Positions 25,152 to 35,879 of a stretch of DNA of 64,000 bases are shown in pieces. The DNA lies in the NCBI GenBank assembly GCA_902569405.1, contig CACFTX010000005.1, positions 11,288-75,287 on the forward strand. The letters run 5' to 3'. The stretch comes from an uncultured Pelagibacteraceae bacterium. Lineage in GTDB: Bacteria; Pseudomonadota; Alphaproteobacteria; Pelagibacterales; Pelagibacteraceae. Positions within the stretch are counted from its first letter, which is position 1; every line of letters begins with the position of its first letter. A program made the position numbers and the translations under genes. The notes beneath the pieces are model-generated. The model was not told where the DNA came from. It searched no databases and worked only from the letters and a program-made list of their open reading frames with translations.

Positions 25152-26280
25152 TGAGAAGCTTTAATGCAAATTTAAGCTGATTATCGTTTTCGGTATTTAT
25201 TTTAAAGTCGTCTGTTTCTTCAGCTATTTCAATATCAGGTACCACTCCTACTTCTGAAATAGATTTTCCTGAAGGCAAATAGTACTTTGATATAGTTAGT
25301 CTTATAGCTCCTTTATTTTTTAAAGGAATAATTGATTGAACAGATCCTTTGCCATAGCTTTGTTCGCCAATGATTATAGCTCTTTTATGATCTTTTAGAG
25401 CACCAGCTACAATTTCCGATGCTGAAGCTGATCCATAATTAATTAAAACAATTAAAGTTTTTCCATCAATTATGTCACCTTCTCGTGCAAAAAATTTTTT
25501 ATTTTCTGATTTATTTCTACTTTTAGTGGACACTATCTCACCTTCATTTAAAAAAAAATCTGATATTTTTATTGCTTGAGAAAGTAAGCCGCCAGGGTTG
25601 TTTCTTAGATCTAAAATATAACTTTTTACACTTTTGTTTTTTTTTATTTCTTTAAGTTTATTTTTAATTTGATCACTGCTATTTTCATTAAAAGCATTTA
25701 ACCTTAAATAACCCACCTCATCTTTTAAGATTTCAGATTTTACAGACTGGATTTTAATAATTTCTCTTGTTATTTTAAAAATTAATGCTTTTCTAACTCC
25801 TTTTCTTCTGACTGTAATTTCTATATCACTTCCAACCTTTCCTCTCATTAATTCTACTGCTTCTGATAATGATTTTCCTTGAACTTGAACATTATTAATT
25901 TTAACGATGTAATCACCTGCTTTTATACCAACTTTAGAAGCCGGGGTACCATCAATTGGCGAAATCACTTTTACCACTCCAGCTTCCATACTAACTTCAA
26001 TTCCTAAACCGCCAAATTCTCCGCTAGTTTCAGTTTGCATATCTAATAACATTTCTGGTGACATGTAGGATGAATATGGGTCAAGCGACTGCAAGACACC
26101 ATCAATAGCTGCATCCATCACTTCACTTTGGTCAATTTCTTCTACATATTCATCGTTGATCTTCTTTAATACTTCGCTAAACAAATCAATCTTTTCATAG
26201 AGCTTGGTATTGTTAGCAGCAAAACTTTTACTAAAATAAAATAAAAATAAAATTGGTATAATTTTAATGTATTTTTTCAT
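25144..26280 (-). CDS. ctpA: carboxy-terminal processing protease (S41)
   Basis: Contains a PDZ domain and an S41 domain (GSASASEIVAGALKD). The start is placed at MKKYIKIIPILFLF (signal peptide), directly abutting the rsfS stop. The track start at 26316 adds 12 aa. Confidence 0.88.
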   Translation of the reverse strand: MKKYIKIIPILFLFYFSKSFAANNTKLYEKIDLFSEVLKKINDEYVEEIDQSEVMDAAIDGVLQSLDPYSSYMSPEMLLDMQTETSGEFGGLGIEVSMEAGVVKVISPIDGTPASKVGIKAGDYIVKINNVQVQGKSLSEAVELMRGKVGSDIEITVRRKGVRKALIFKITREIIKIQSVKSEILKDEVGYLRLNAFNENSSDQIKNKLKEIKKNKSVKSYILDLRNNPGGLLSQAIKISDFFLNEGEIVSTKSRNKSENKKFFAREGDIIDGKTLIVLINYGSASASEIVAGALKDHKRAIIIGEQSYGKGSVQSIIPLKNKGAIRLTISKYYLPSGKSISEVGVVPDIEIAEETDDFKINTENDNQLKFALKLLNG

Positions 26281-26627
26281 ATTGTAACTTTTTCTTTTGG
26301 TATTAATTGAGACCACATTTTTTCCAGTTCGTAAAATTTTCTTTTTTCTGGGTTAAAAATATGAACTATTAAATCTATACCATCGATAAGCTTCCATTCA
26401 CTACTATCAGAACCCTCTATTTTACAATTTTTAATTCCACTATTTTTAAATTTTTCTAAAACTTGCTCAGAAAGAGCCTGAATATGTCTTGATGATGTAC
26501 CGCTTGCTATAATCATGTGGTCCGCTATTGAGCTTTTGTTTGCAAGATCTATGCTAATTACATCTAATGCTTTATTGCTATCTAAGGTTTTTAAAATTAT
26601 TTCTTTTAGATCTTTGATTTTATCCAT
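26277..26627 (-). CDS. rsfS: ribosome silencing factor RsfS (iojap)
   Basis: 116 aa with DHMIIASGTSSRHIQAL. It follows nadD, as in the conserved cluster. Confidence 0.88.
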   Translation of the reverse strand: MDKIKDLKEIILKTLDSNKALDVISIDLANKSSIADHMIIASGTSSRHIQALSEQVLEKFKNSGIKNCKIEGSDSSEWKLIDGIDLIVHIFNPEKRKFYELEKMWSQLIPKEKVTI

Positions 26628-26644
26628 TAATTATTAAAATCTTA

Positions 26645-27178
26645 TCAAATTTTTCTTAATTTAGAAGATGAAATATTAACTTTTTTAAACTTCACAAATC
26701 TTAAATTTTTTTGCCTTAAGTGTTTAAAAGCGATCGATTTTAAAGATTTTGATTTATATCCCAGCCTATCAAAAACTAAAATGTTACATTTTTGTGAAAT
26801 TAATTTCCATTTATGCCATTTGTGAAATTTAACAAGATTATCTGCTCCAATAATTAAAAATATATTGAAATTATTTTTTTTTTTTAAGTAATTTATTAAA
26901 TTTATTGTTCTGTTAGATTTAATTTTATCTTCATAATATCTAATTTTAATAAATTTTATAAATTTTGTAATTTTTTTTGAAAATTTAATTCTTTCTTTCA
27001 AATTTAAACTGCTCTTTTTTTTAAAAGGATTCTTTTTAGTAATAGCCCAGATTATATGTTCTAATTTAAATTTTTTTTTTGCCTTTATAGATATTGCTAG
27101 ATGCCCTTTATGTGGAGGATCAAAGCTGCCACCCAATAAACCAATATTTTTTATTTTCTTTTTATTCCTTATTTTCAA
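26645..27178 (-). CDS. nadD: nicotinate-nucleotide adenylyltransferase
   Basis: 177 aa with GLLGGSFDPPHKGHL (HxGH motif) and C-terminal ISSSKLR. Confidence 0.88.
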   Translation of the reverse strand: MKIRNKKKIKNIGLLGGSFDPPHKGHLAISIKAKKKFKLEHIIWAITKKNPFKKKSSLNLKERIKFSKKITKFIKFIKIRYYEDKIKSNRTINLINYLKKKNNFNIFLIIGADNLVKFHKWHKWKLISQKCNILVFDRLGYKSKSLKSIAFKHLRQKNLRFVKFKKVNISSSKLRKI

Positions 27179-27180
27179 TT

Positions 27181-28431
27181 TTATTTCCTAACGTGGCCAC
27201 TTCCATGAACTTCATATTTATATGAAATTAATTGTTTTAACCCAACAGGACCTCTTGGTGGTAAGCTATTTGTTGAAATTCCAACTTCACCTCCAAATCC
27301 AAATTCTCCACCATCAGCAAATTGTGTTGATGTATTATGCATAACTATCGAACTATTAATATTTTTAATAAATTTTTTTGCAGTTTTTTTGTTTTTTGTA
27401 ATTATAGATTCTGTGTGCATTGTTCCATATTTGTTGATGTGTTTTATTGCCTCTTCACAGTTGTTAACAGATTTAGCAGAAATTGTAGCAGATAAATATT
27501 CTGTAGACCAATCTTTATCTTTTGCTGGGTATATTTTTCCTTTAAAAAATTTTCTTAATAAATTGTCTCCTTTAATTTTGCAACCATTATTCTGCAAATT
27601 TTTTAAAACTATATTGCAAAATTTTTTAACAATTTTTTTGTGAAATAAAACTGTTTCTGTTGCACCGCATATGCTAGTGTTTCTTAGTTTAGCATTATGA
27701 AGAACTTTGGTGGCCATTTTTAAATCTGCATCTTTATCAATATAAGTATGGCAAATTCCTTCTAAATGACCAATTATTGGTAATTTAGATATAGCCTGAA
27801 CTCTTTTAACTAAACTTTTTCCGCCTCTTGGTATAATGACATCAATTTCATTAGTCATTTTGGCCAATATGAAGTCAACTATTTTTCTATTTCTATTGTT
27901 TATAAATTGAACAAAGTCCGGATTTACTTTGTTGGCTATTAGAGCTTTTCTAAACAATGAAGTCAAAATTTTATTAGTATTTAATGCTTCAGAACCGCCT
28001 CTTAAAATCACAGCGTTTCCTGACTTAAAGCATAAGCTTGATATATCAGAAGTAACATTTGGCCTACTTTCATAAATAACACCAATTACACCAATAGGTG
28101 TTGAAACTTTTTTAATATTTAATCCGTTGGGTCTTTTCCATTTTTCTAAAATTTTATCTACAGGATCTCCTAATTTAATAATGTCACTAACTGATTTTTT
28201 TATAGATTCTAATTTTTTTGAATTTAAAATTAATCTATCAATTAAATTTGATTTGAGTTTCTTCTTTTGAGCAAATTTAATATCTTTTTTATTTTGTTGT
28301 AATATTTTTTTTTTATTTTTTTTTAAAAAAGATAAAAAACTTTTAAGAACTTTGTTTTTTGTTTTGCTATCAATCTTGATTTCTATTGCTTTTCTTGCCT
28401 TTTTACCGATTATCTTAATATATTTGCTCAT
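27181..28431 (-). CDS. proA: gamma-glutamyl phosphate reductase
   Basis: 416 aa with IYESRPNVT and the catalytic Cys context NTSICGATE. Confidence 0.93.
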   Translation of the reverse strand: MSKYIKIIGKKARKAIEIKIDSKTKNKVLKSFLSFLKKNKKKILQQNKKDIKFAQKKKLKSNLIDRLILNSKKLESIKKSVSDIIKLGDPVDKILEKWKRPNGLNIKKVSTPIGVIGVIYESRPNVTSDISSLCFKSGNAVILRGGSEALNTNKILTSLFRKALIANKVNPDFVQFINNRNRKIVDFILAKMTNEIDVIIPRGGKSLVKRVQAISKLPIIGHLEGICHTYIDKDADLKMATKVLHNAKLRNTSICGATETVLFHKKIVKKFCNIVLKNLQNNGCKIKGDNLLRKFFKGKIYPAKDKDWSTEYLSATISAKSVNNCEEAIKHINKYGTMHTESIITKNKKTAKKFIKNINSSIVMHNTSTQFADGGEFGFGGEVGISTNSLPPRGPVGLKQLISYKYEVHGSGHVRK

Positions 28432-28432
28432 T

Positions 28433-30539
<2,107 letters not shown>

Positions 30540-30543
30540 CTAA

Positions 30544-30798
30544 TTAATTGGGTTTTACTGAAACAAAGGTTCTGTCTGATTTTGTTTTTTTAAATTCAAC
30601 CTTACCTTTAGCCACTGAAAAAATTGAATGATCTTTACCCATTTTTACATGTTCTCCAGGAAAAATTTTGGTACCTCTTTGTCTAACAATAATATTCCCA
30701 GGTACAACATATTGACCCCCATATTTTTTAACACCGAGTCTACGTCCCGCACTATCACGTCCATTCCTCGATGATCCACCTGCTTTTTTTGTTGCCAT
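30544..30798 (-). CDS. rpmA: 50S ribosomal protein L27
   Basis: 84 aa: [24 protein letters not shown]. Confidence 0.97.
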   Translation of the reverse strand: MATKKAGGSSRNGRDSAGRRLGVKKYGGQYVVPGNIIVRQRGTKIFPGEHVKMGKDHSIFSVAKGKVEFKKTKSDRTFVSVKPN

Positions 30799-30809
30799 AT
30801 TTTACCTTA

Positions 30810-31214
30810 TTATTTTTTTTCCTGAATTTCTTTTTTTACTTCTTTTTTTTTAACAGGTTTAATTAATTTTTCTGCTTCTGATAATAATTTACCATCTTTT
30901 GAAAATATTTTGTTAATTCTTATTAAAGAATATTGTTGTCTATGACCATTCTTTCTTCTTGAATTTTTTCTTCGCCTTTTTTTAAAAATTAAGACAGTTC
31001 TATTTTTTGAATTTTTTATTAGATTTGCTTCAACTTTAGCACCTTTAATTATGGGCGTTCCAATTTCAATATTAGCATCATCTCCATAAGCTAAAACTTC
31101 TTTAAAATCTACCATAGATTCAGGTTTTGAATCATTTAGTTTTTCAACTTTAATAATCTCTCCAGCCTTTACTTTGTACTGTTTTCCACCTGTTTGTATT
31201 ATCGCGTAAGACAT
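30810..31214 (-). CDS. rplU: 50S ribosomal protein L21 with a Lys-rich C-terminal extension
   Basis: 134 aa: MYAIIQTGGKQYKV-type N-terminus plus a KKKEVKKEIQEKK tail. Confidence 0.95.
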   Translation of the reverse strand: MSYAIIQTGGKQYKVKAGEIIKVEKLNDSKPESMVDFKEVLAYGDDANIEIGTPIIKGAKVEANLIKNSKNRTVLIFKKRRRKNSRRKNGHRQQYSLIRINKIFSKDGKLLSEAEKLIKPVKKKEVKKEIQEKK

Positions 31215-31239
31215 TGTTAATCAAAATTTTATAATCAGC

Positions 31240-31267
31240 AATATAGTCTGAGACTTTTTTTAGTCAA
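31240..31267 (-). promoter_or_regulatory. candidate promoter of the rplU-rpmA-obg... operon
   Basis: On the minus strand: TTGACT (31267-31262), 16-nt spacer, TATATT (31245-31240). The spacer contains the small palindrome GTCTCAGAC. Confidence 0.4.
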
Positions 31268-31277
31268 GGTTAATAAG

Positions 31278-31997
31278 CTAAAAATTGTCCTTTAAATCTC
31301 TTAATTTTGAAAAGTTTTCTAAATTTTTTGATCTTAAAAAAATATTACATTCAATTTCATCTTTTATTGTCGTGGGCATAGTTGGTAAATTTTTCTTTAA
31401 TTTTTCTTTAATTATATTAATTTTATTTTTAAGATTTTTATTTTCTGGGTCGTGTTTTAAGCAAAAATCAGAATTTTTTAAAGTATACTCATGTCCACAG
31501 TATATATTTGTATCTGGTGGAAGTTTTTTAAAAAAATTTAATGATTTAAACATTTGTGAGTAAGTGCCTTCAAAAATTCTTCCACATCCTAAGGAAAAAA
31601 GTGTGTCTCCAGTAAAAATATTTTTTTCATTAAAAAAATAAAAACAAATATGGCCACTTGTATGTCCAGGTATATGAACAACTTTTGCTTCAAATTTTTT
31701 TTCTTTCCAAATTTGATTATTTTTTACGGTAATGTCTATTTCTGGGATTCTTTTTTTATCATCAATATATCCAACTACTTTTGCACCATATCTTTCTTTT
31801 AATTCTTTATTCCCTCCAACATGATCGTAGTGATGGTGTGTATTTAATATAAAATCTAATTTAATATTATTTTTTTCTAAACATTCAATTATTGGTGTTG
31901 CTTCACTTGGGTCAATTACACAAGACTTATTATTTTTATCATCAATTATTAAATAGGAATAATTATCTTTAAGACAGGGTATTATTTTGACTTTCAT
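31278..31997 (-). CDS. gloB: hydroxyacylglutathione hydrolase (glyoxalase II)
   Basis: 239 aa, metallo-beta-lactamase fold, NTHHHYDHVGGN. Confidence 0.88.
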   Translation of the reverse strand: MKVKIIPCLKDNYSYLIIDDKNNKSCVIDPSEATPIIECLEKNNIKLDFILNTHHHYDHVGGNKELKERYGAKVVGYIDDKKRIPEIDITVKNNQIWKEKKFEAKVVHIPGHTSGHICFYFFNEKNIFTGDTLFSLGCGRIFEGTYSQMFKSLNFFKKLPPDTNIYCGHEYTLKNSDFCLKHDPENKNLKNKINIIKEKLKKNLPTMPTTIKDEIECNIFLRSKNLENFSKLRDLKDNF

Positions 31998-31998
31998 T

Positions 31999-32595
31999 TT
32001 ACTTTTCTAAAAGAAAAATTCCTAACTCAGAAGATAGATTTTTTAAATTTAAATTAAAACTATTAATTTCCATAGTTTTTTCATTATGTAATGCTAAAGA
32101 TTTAAATAATTTTATTTTTTTTTTAGAACAAAAATTAAAAAAATCTTTAAGAGTACACATATGTAAATTTGGAGTATTGTACCATTCGTCTGGAAGATTT
32201 TTAGTGACAGGCATCGTTCCTTTTATTAATAGATCTAATCTTACTTTCCAAAAACCAAAATTTGGAATTGTAACTATTGCTTTATCAGCAACCTTTAGAA
32301 GGTCATCTATAACTTTTTCTGGATCATAGAATGCTTGTAATGTTTGACTTAAAACTGCATAATTAAAAGATGAATTAGGAAATTGTTTTAAATCTTTTTC
32401 AGCATTACCTTCAATTACAGCCAAGCCTTTTGATACACACATTTGAACTTTATCTTTTGAAATTTCTAAACCTCGAGTATCTACATTTTTTTTATCTTTT
32501 AAATATTTCATTAAAGTTCCATCACCACAACCAACATCAAGGACTCTTGTATTATTTTCAATTAAATCAGAAATTATTTGAAATTCTTTTTTCAT
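31999..32595 (-). CDS. metW: methionine biosynthesis protein MetW
   Basis: 198 aa, SAM-methyltransferase-like DVGCGDGTL, immediately downstream of metX. Confidence 0.88.
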   Translation of the reverse strand: MKKEFQIISDLIENNTRVLDVGCGDGTLMKYLKDKKNVDTRGLEISKDKVQMCVSKGLAVIEGNAEKDLKQFPNSSFNYAVLSQTLQAFYDPEKVIDDLLKVADKAIVTIPNFGFWKVRLDLLIKGTMPVTKNLPDEWYNTPNLHMCTLKDFFNFCSKKKIKLFKSLALHNEKTMEINSFNLNLKNLSSELGIFLLEK

Positions 32596-32601
32596 AATTA
32601 T

Positions 32602-33711
32602 TTAATAATTTGCTTCTAAAAAGTTTTTTACTGCTTTTAAAAAATCTGGCACATCTAGAAGAAAAGAGTCGTGACCTTTGTCACTCGTAATTTCTATGAA
32701 GCCAACTTCAGCACCAGAGGCATTCAAAGCAATTACAATTTCTTTATTTTCAGTTGTTGGATATAACCAATCAGAAGTAAAAGAAATTATAAAAAATTTA
32801 GTCTTAGATTTTTCAAATGCCTTTGTTAAGTTTCCTTTGTACTGCTTTACAAGATCAAAGTAGTCCATGGCTCTTGTTATATATAAGTAGCTGTTTGCAT
32901 CAAATCTATCTACAAATATAGAACCTTGATATCTTAGGTAACTTTCAATTTGAAAGTCTGCGTCAAAACTAAAATTTAAATCATCTTTTTCTTGAAGTTT
33001 TCTTCCAAATTTTTCTTGCAATCCTTTCTTAGAAAGATATGTGATATGTGCTGCCATTCTAGCAACAGCTAAACCTTTATCTGGTGAAGAATTTAAGTAT
33101 GAATAATTTCCATTTTTCCAGTTTGCATCAGCCATTATTGATTGTCTTCCAAGTTCATTGAAAGCAATATTTTGTGCAGAATGGCTAGCAGTGCACGCTA
33201 TAGGAATTGCTGTTTTTGTTTTTTCAGGAAAATTTGCTACAAATTGAAGTGCCTGCATTCCACCCATTGATCCTCCAGTCACACTATAAAGTTTATCGAT
33301 TTTAAAAAATTCTAATAAATTATATTGAGCATTAACCATGTCATTTATAGTTATGACTGGAAAATCTATTCCAAATTCTTTATTGGTTTTTGGATTAATA
33401 CTGCCAGGACCGAAAGACCCCATGCATCCACCAATTACGTTTGCACAAATTACAAAAAATTTATTTGTGTCAATTGCTTTTGATGGCCCAACAGCATGTG
33501 ACCACCATCCAGGTTTTTTTGTTATAGGGTTTATGCCAGAAACAAATTGATCTCCGGTTAAAGCATGAAATGTTAAAATTGCGTTATCTTTTTTATCGTT
33601 TAATTTTCCATAAGTTTCGTAGGCTAAAGGATAGTCACTTATAGTTTCACCACAATCTAATTTGAGAGGTTTTTTTACAATTATTGTTTTTATATTTTCT
33701 TTAACATTCAT
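32602..33711 (-). CDS. metX: homoserine O-acetyltransferase
   Basis: 369 aa, alpha/beta hydrolase with nucleophile motif GGSMGGMQAL, paired with metW. Confidence 0.93.
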   Translation of the reverse strand: MNVKENIKTIIVKKPLKLDCGETISDYPLAYETYGKLNDKKDNAILTFHALTGDQFVSGINPITKKPGWWSHAVGPSKAIDTNKFFVICANVIGGCMGSFGPGSINPKTNKEFGIDFPVITINDMVNAQYNLLEFFKIDKLYSVTGGSMGGMQALQFVANFPEKTKTAIPIACTASHSAQNIAFNELGRQSIMADANWKNGNYSYLNSSPDKGLAVARMAAHITYLSKKGLQEKFGRKLQEKDDLNFSFDADFQIESYLRYQGSIFVDRFDANSYLYITRAMDYFDLVKQYKGNLTKAFEKSKTKFFIISFTSDWLYPTTENKEIVIALNASGAEVGFIEITSDKGHDSFLLDVPDFLKAVKNFLEANY

Positions 33712-33739
33712 AAATAGTTACTGTTTGTTGAATTGTGAG

Positions 33740-33797
33740 AAAAAAACTTATTTAGCGGTTTTTTTTAAGCGCTCGCAATTCAGTTAAATCAGCGCAC
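33740..33797 (-). promoter_or_regulatory. candidate SAM-II class riboswitch (H-type pseudoknot) in the metX leader, with a trailing U7 tract
   Basis: Minus-strand RNA is GUGCGCUGAUUUAACUGAAUUGCGAGCGCUUAAAAAAAACCGCUAAAUAAGUUUUUUU. P1 pairs GCGCU with AGCGC (33795-91 / 33773-69). Loop UUGCG pairs with downstream CGC(U)AA (33778-74 / 33757-52). L3 is A-rich. The position upstream of metX matches known SAM-II contexts. No covariance-model search was run. Confidence 0.55.
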
Positions 33798-33801
33798 ATT
33801 T

Positions 33802-33830
33802 TTTTTACAAGATCAGTTTCAATATGTCAA
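33802..33830 (-). promoter_or_regulatory. candidate metX promoter
   Basis: On the minus strand: TTGACA (33830-33825), 17-nt spacer, TAAAAA (33807-33802). This predicts a transcription start at about the first base of the pseudoknot P1 stem. Confidence 0.4.
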
Positions 33831-33857
33831 TTTTTTTTATAAAAAAGTGTAATTATC

Positions 33858-33863
33858 TATAAT
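33858..33863 (+). promoter_or_regulatory. candidate -10 box for hisC-tyrC
   Basis: Perfect TATAAT 45 nt upstream of the hisC ATG. There is no good -35. Confidence 0.3.
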
Positions 33864-33907
33864 CCTTGATTAATTTATTTATAAGGTTAGTTATATTAAA
33901 AATAACA

Positions 33908-34984
33908 ATGGCTTTACTAAAATTTAAGAAATTAGGAATAGAAACTTACAAACCAGGTAAATCAAAATTATCAAGGTTAAAAAATATAATAAAATTATCT
34001 GCAAACGAGTCCGCTTTAGGAGTTAGTCCAAAGGTAAAAAAAGAGATTAATAAAAAAATTAATATTTCAAAGTACCCAGATAGTAAGTCAAAAAATTTGA
34101 GAAGATATATTTCAAATAAATTTAAATGCAGGTTTGAAAATATAATTTGTGGAGCCGGATCAGATGAAATTATACAAATTATTTGTACATTATTTTTGAA
34201 ACCAAAAGATCAAGTGATAGTTCCTAAGTTTAGTTTTTTAATGTATAGAATTTATGCAAAAATAGCAGGTGCTAATATTATATACTCAAAGGAAAAAAAC
34301 TTTAAAATTTCAGTATCTGAGATTTTAAAAAAAGTTTCAAAAAAAACTAAAATAGTTTTTTTAGCAAACCCAAATAATCCAACAGGAACCTACCTAAAAA
34401 AAAAAGAGTTACTTAAATTAAGAAAAAAACTTAGAAGCAACATACTGCTTGTAGTTGATGATGCGTATGTTGAATATATGAAAAATAAAAATTATGAGTC
34501 AGGTTTAAAATTATTTAAAAATAAAAAAAATGTTTTAATTCTTAGAACTTTTTCTAAAATATATGGTCTGGCATCATTAAGAATCGGTTGGGGCTATGGT
34601 CCAAAAAATATAATAGATGCTATGTATGCAATGAAACCACCATTTAATGTGAATTCCGCAGCACAGTTGGCAGCTGTTGCAGCATTAAAGGATAATAATT
34701 TTATTAAAAAATCTGTTAAACATAATTTTTTTTGGGGCGAAAAACTTAAAAAGGCATTTAATAATTATGGAATTAAAACAAATGAAGTTAATACTAATTT
34801 TTTATTGTTGAATTTTAATAAATGTAAATATTCCGCCAATTATATTCAAAAAAAATTAGAAAATAGTGGAATTATTTTAAGAGGAATGAAGTCTTACAAA
34901 ATTAAAAATGCTTTAAGGTTAACAATTGGCAATAGTGCTGCTAATAATAGAGTAATAAAAATTCTTAAAAAAATATTTAATTAA
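33908..34984 (+). CDS. hisC: histidinol-phosphate / aromatic aminotransferase (class II)
   Basis: The start is placed at ATG 33908 (MALLKFKKL...). Motifs LSANESALGVSP and SKIYGLASLRIGWG (PLP Lys). The track TTG at 33866 would add 14 aa. Confidence 0.88.
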   Translation: MALLKFKKLGIETYKPGKSKLSRLKNIIKLSANESALGVSPKVKKEINKKINISKYPDSKSKNLRRYISNKFKCRFENIICGAGSDEIIQIICTLFLKPKDQVIVPKFSFLMYRIYAKIAGANIIYSKEKNFKISVSEILKKVSKKTKIVFLANPNNPTGTYLKKKELLKLRKKLRSNILLVVDDAYVEYMKNKNYESGLKLFKNKKNVLILRTFSKIYGLASLRIGWGYGPKNIIDAMYAMKPPFNVNSAAQLAAVAALKDNNFIKKSVKHNFFWGEKLKKAFNNYGIKTNEVNTNFLLLNFNKCKYSANYIQKKLENSGIILRGMKSYKIKNALRLTIGNSAANNRVIKILKKIFN

Positions 34985-34985
34985 A

Positions 34986-35879
34986 ATGAAAAATATTCTT
35001 ATAATTGGTTGTGGTTTGATAGGTTCATCAATATTAAGAGCTGTTAATCAAAAAAAAATGTTTAGAAATATTTTTATTTTAGAAAAATCTAAAAAGAATA
35101 TTTCTATAATAAAAAAATTAAATATTAAATGTAAAATAATAAAGAATATAAAAAATATTTCTGTTAATTTTGATTTGATAATTTTTTGCACTCCAATGAG
35201 TCAATATTCTAATGTTATTTTAAAAATAAATAAATTAATTACTAAAAAAACAATTGTAACCGATGTTGGTTCAACAAAGGAATTAAGCTTTATTAATGTT
35301 AAAAAAAAATTAAAAAAAAACACTACATGGATACCTTCTCATCCTATAACAGGATCAGAGGTTAGCGGTCCAAAATATGGTAATAAAAATCTTTTTAAAA
35401 ATAAATGGTGTGTTTTAATCAAAGAAAAAAATTTTAATAAATTGCATTTGCTAAAGTTAAAGTCCTTTTGGAAAAAATTAGGATCAAAAGTTATTTTAAT
35501 GAACTCAAAACAGCATGATGTGATTTTTTCAATAACCAGCCATTTGCCTCACTTAATCGCATATAATTTAGTTAAAACCGCAACCGATTTTGAAAAAAAT
35601 AAAAAACATAATTTAATTAAATTTAGCGCCGGAGGATTAAGAGATTTTTCACGTATAGCTGCAAGCAATGAAATTATGTGGAGAGATATTTTTTTTAATA
35701 ATAAAAAAAATATGATTTTGGCTATAGATTTATTTATTAAGAATCTTAATTCGTTTAAGCAGGATATAAACCTTAAAAAAAATAAACAAATAATTAAAAA
35801 ATTAATTAAAACTAAAAAAGTTAGGAAGCAAATAATACTATTGAAACAGGATGTAAATAAACCAGATTTTGGTAGGTAA
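34986..35879 (+). CDS. tyrC: prephenate/arogenate (cyclohexadienyl) dehydrogenase
   Basis: 297 aa with Rossmann motif IIGCGLIGSS and SHPITGSE. Paired with hisC. Confidence 0.85.
   Translation: MKNILIIGCGLIGSSILRAVNQKKMFRNIFILEKSKKNISIIKKLNIKCKIIKNIKNISVNFDLIIFCTPMSQYSNVILKINKLITKKTIVTDVGSTKELSFINVKKKLKKNTTWIPSHPITGSEVSGPKYGNKNLFKNKWCVLIKEKNFNKLHLLKLKSFWKKLGSKVILMNSKQHDVIFSITSHLPHLIAYNLVKTATDFEKNKKHNLIKFSAGGLRDFSRIAASNEIMWRDIFFNNKKNMILAIDLFIKNLNSFKQDINLKKNKQIIKKLIKTKKVRKQIILLKQDVNKPDFGR

Noticed and set aside
33769-33808. Read on the plus strand, the GCGCT...AGCGC hairpin followed by T8 looks like a terminator or attenuator ahead of hisC.
   Set aside because: No plus-strand transcript is expected to enter here because metX is divergent. 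The best hisC -10 box lies downstream of the hairpin. On the minus strand the same bases form a coherent pseudoknot leader for metX.
33866-33907. N-terminal extensions implied by the ORF track: hisC from TTG 33866, chvI from TTG 52752, ahcY from TTG 55061 and ctpA from 26316.
   Set aside because: The downstream ATG starts give N-termini that match the family patterns, or a signal peptide. The extensions are short, AT-rich and non-conserved in appearance.
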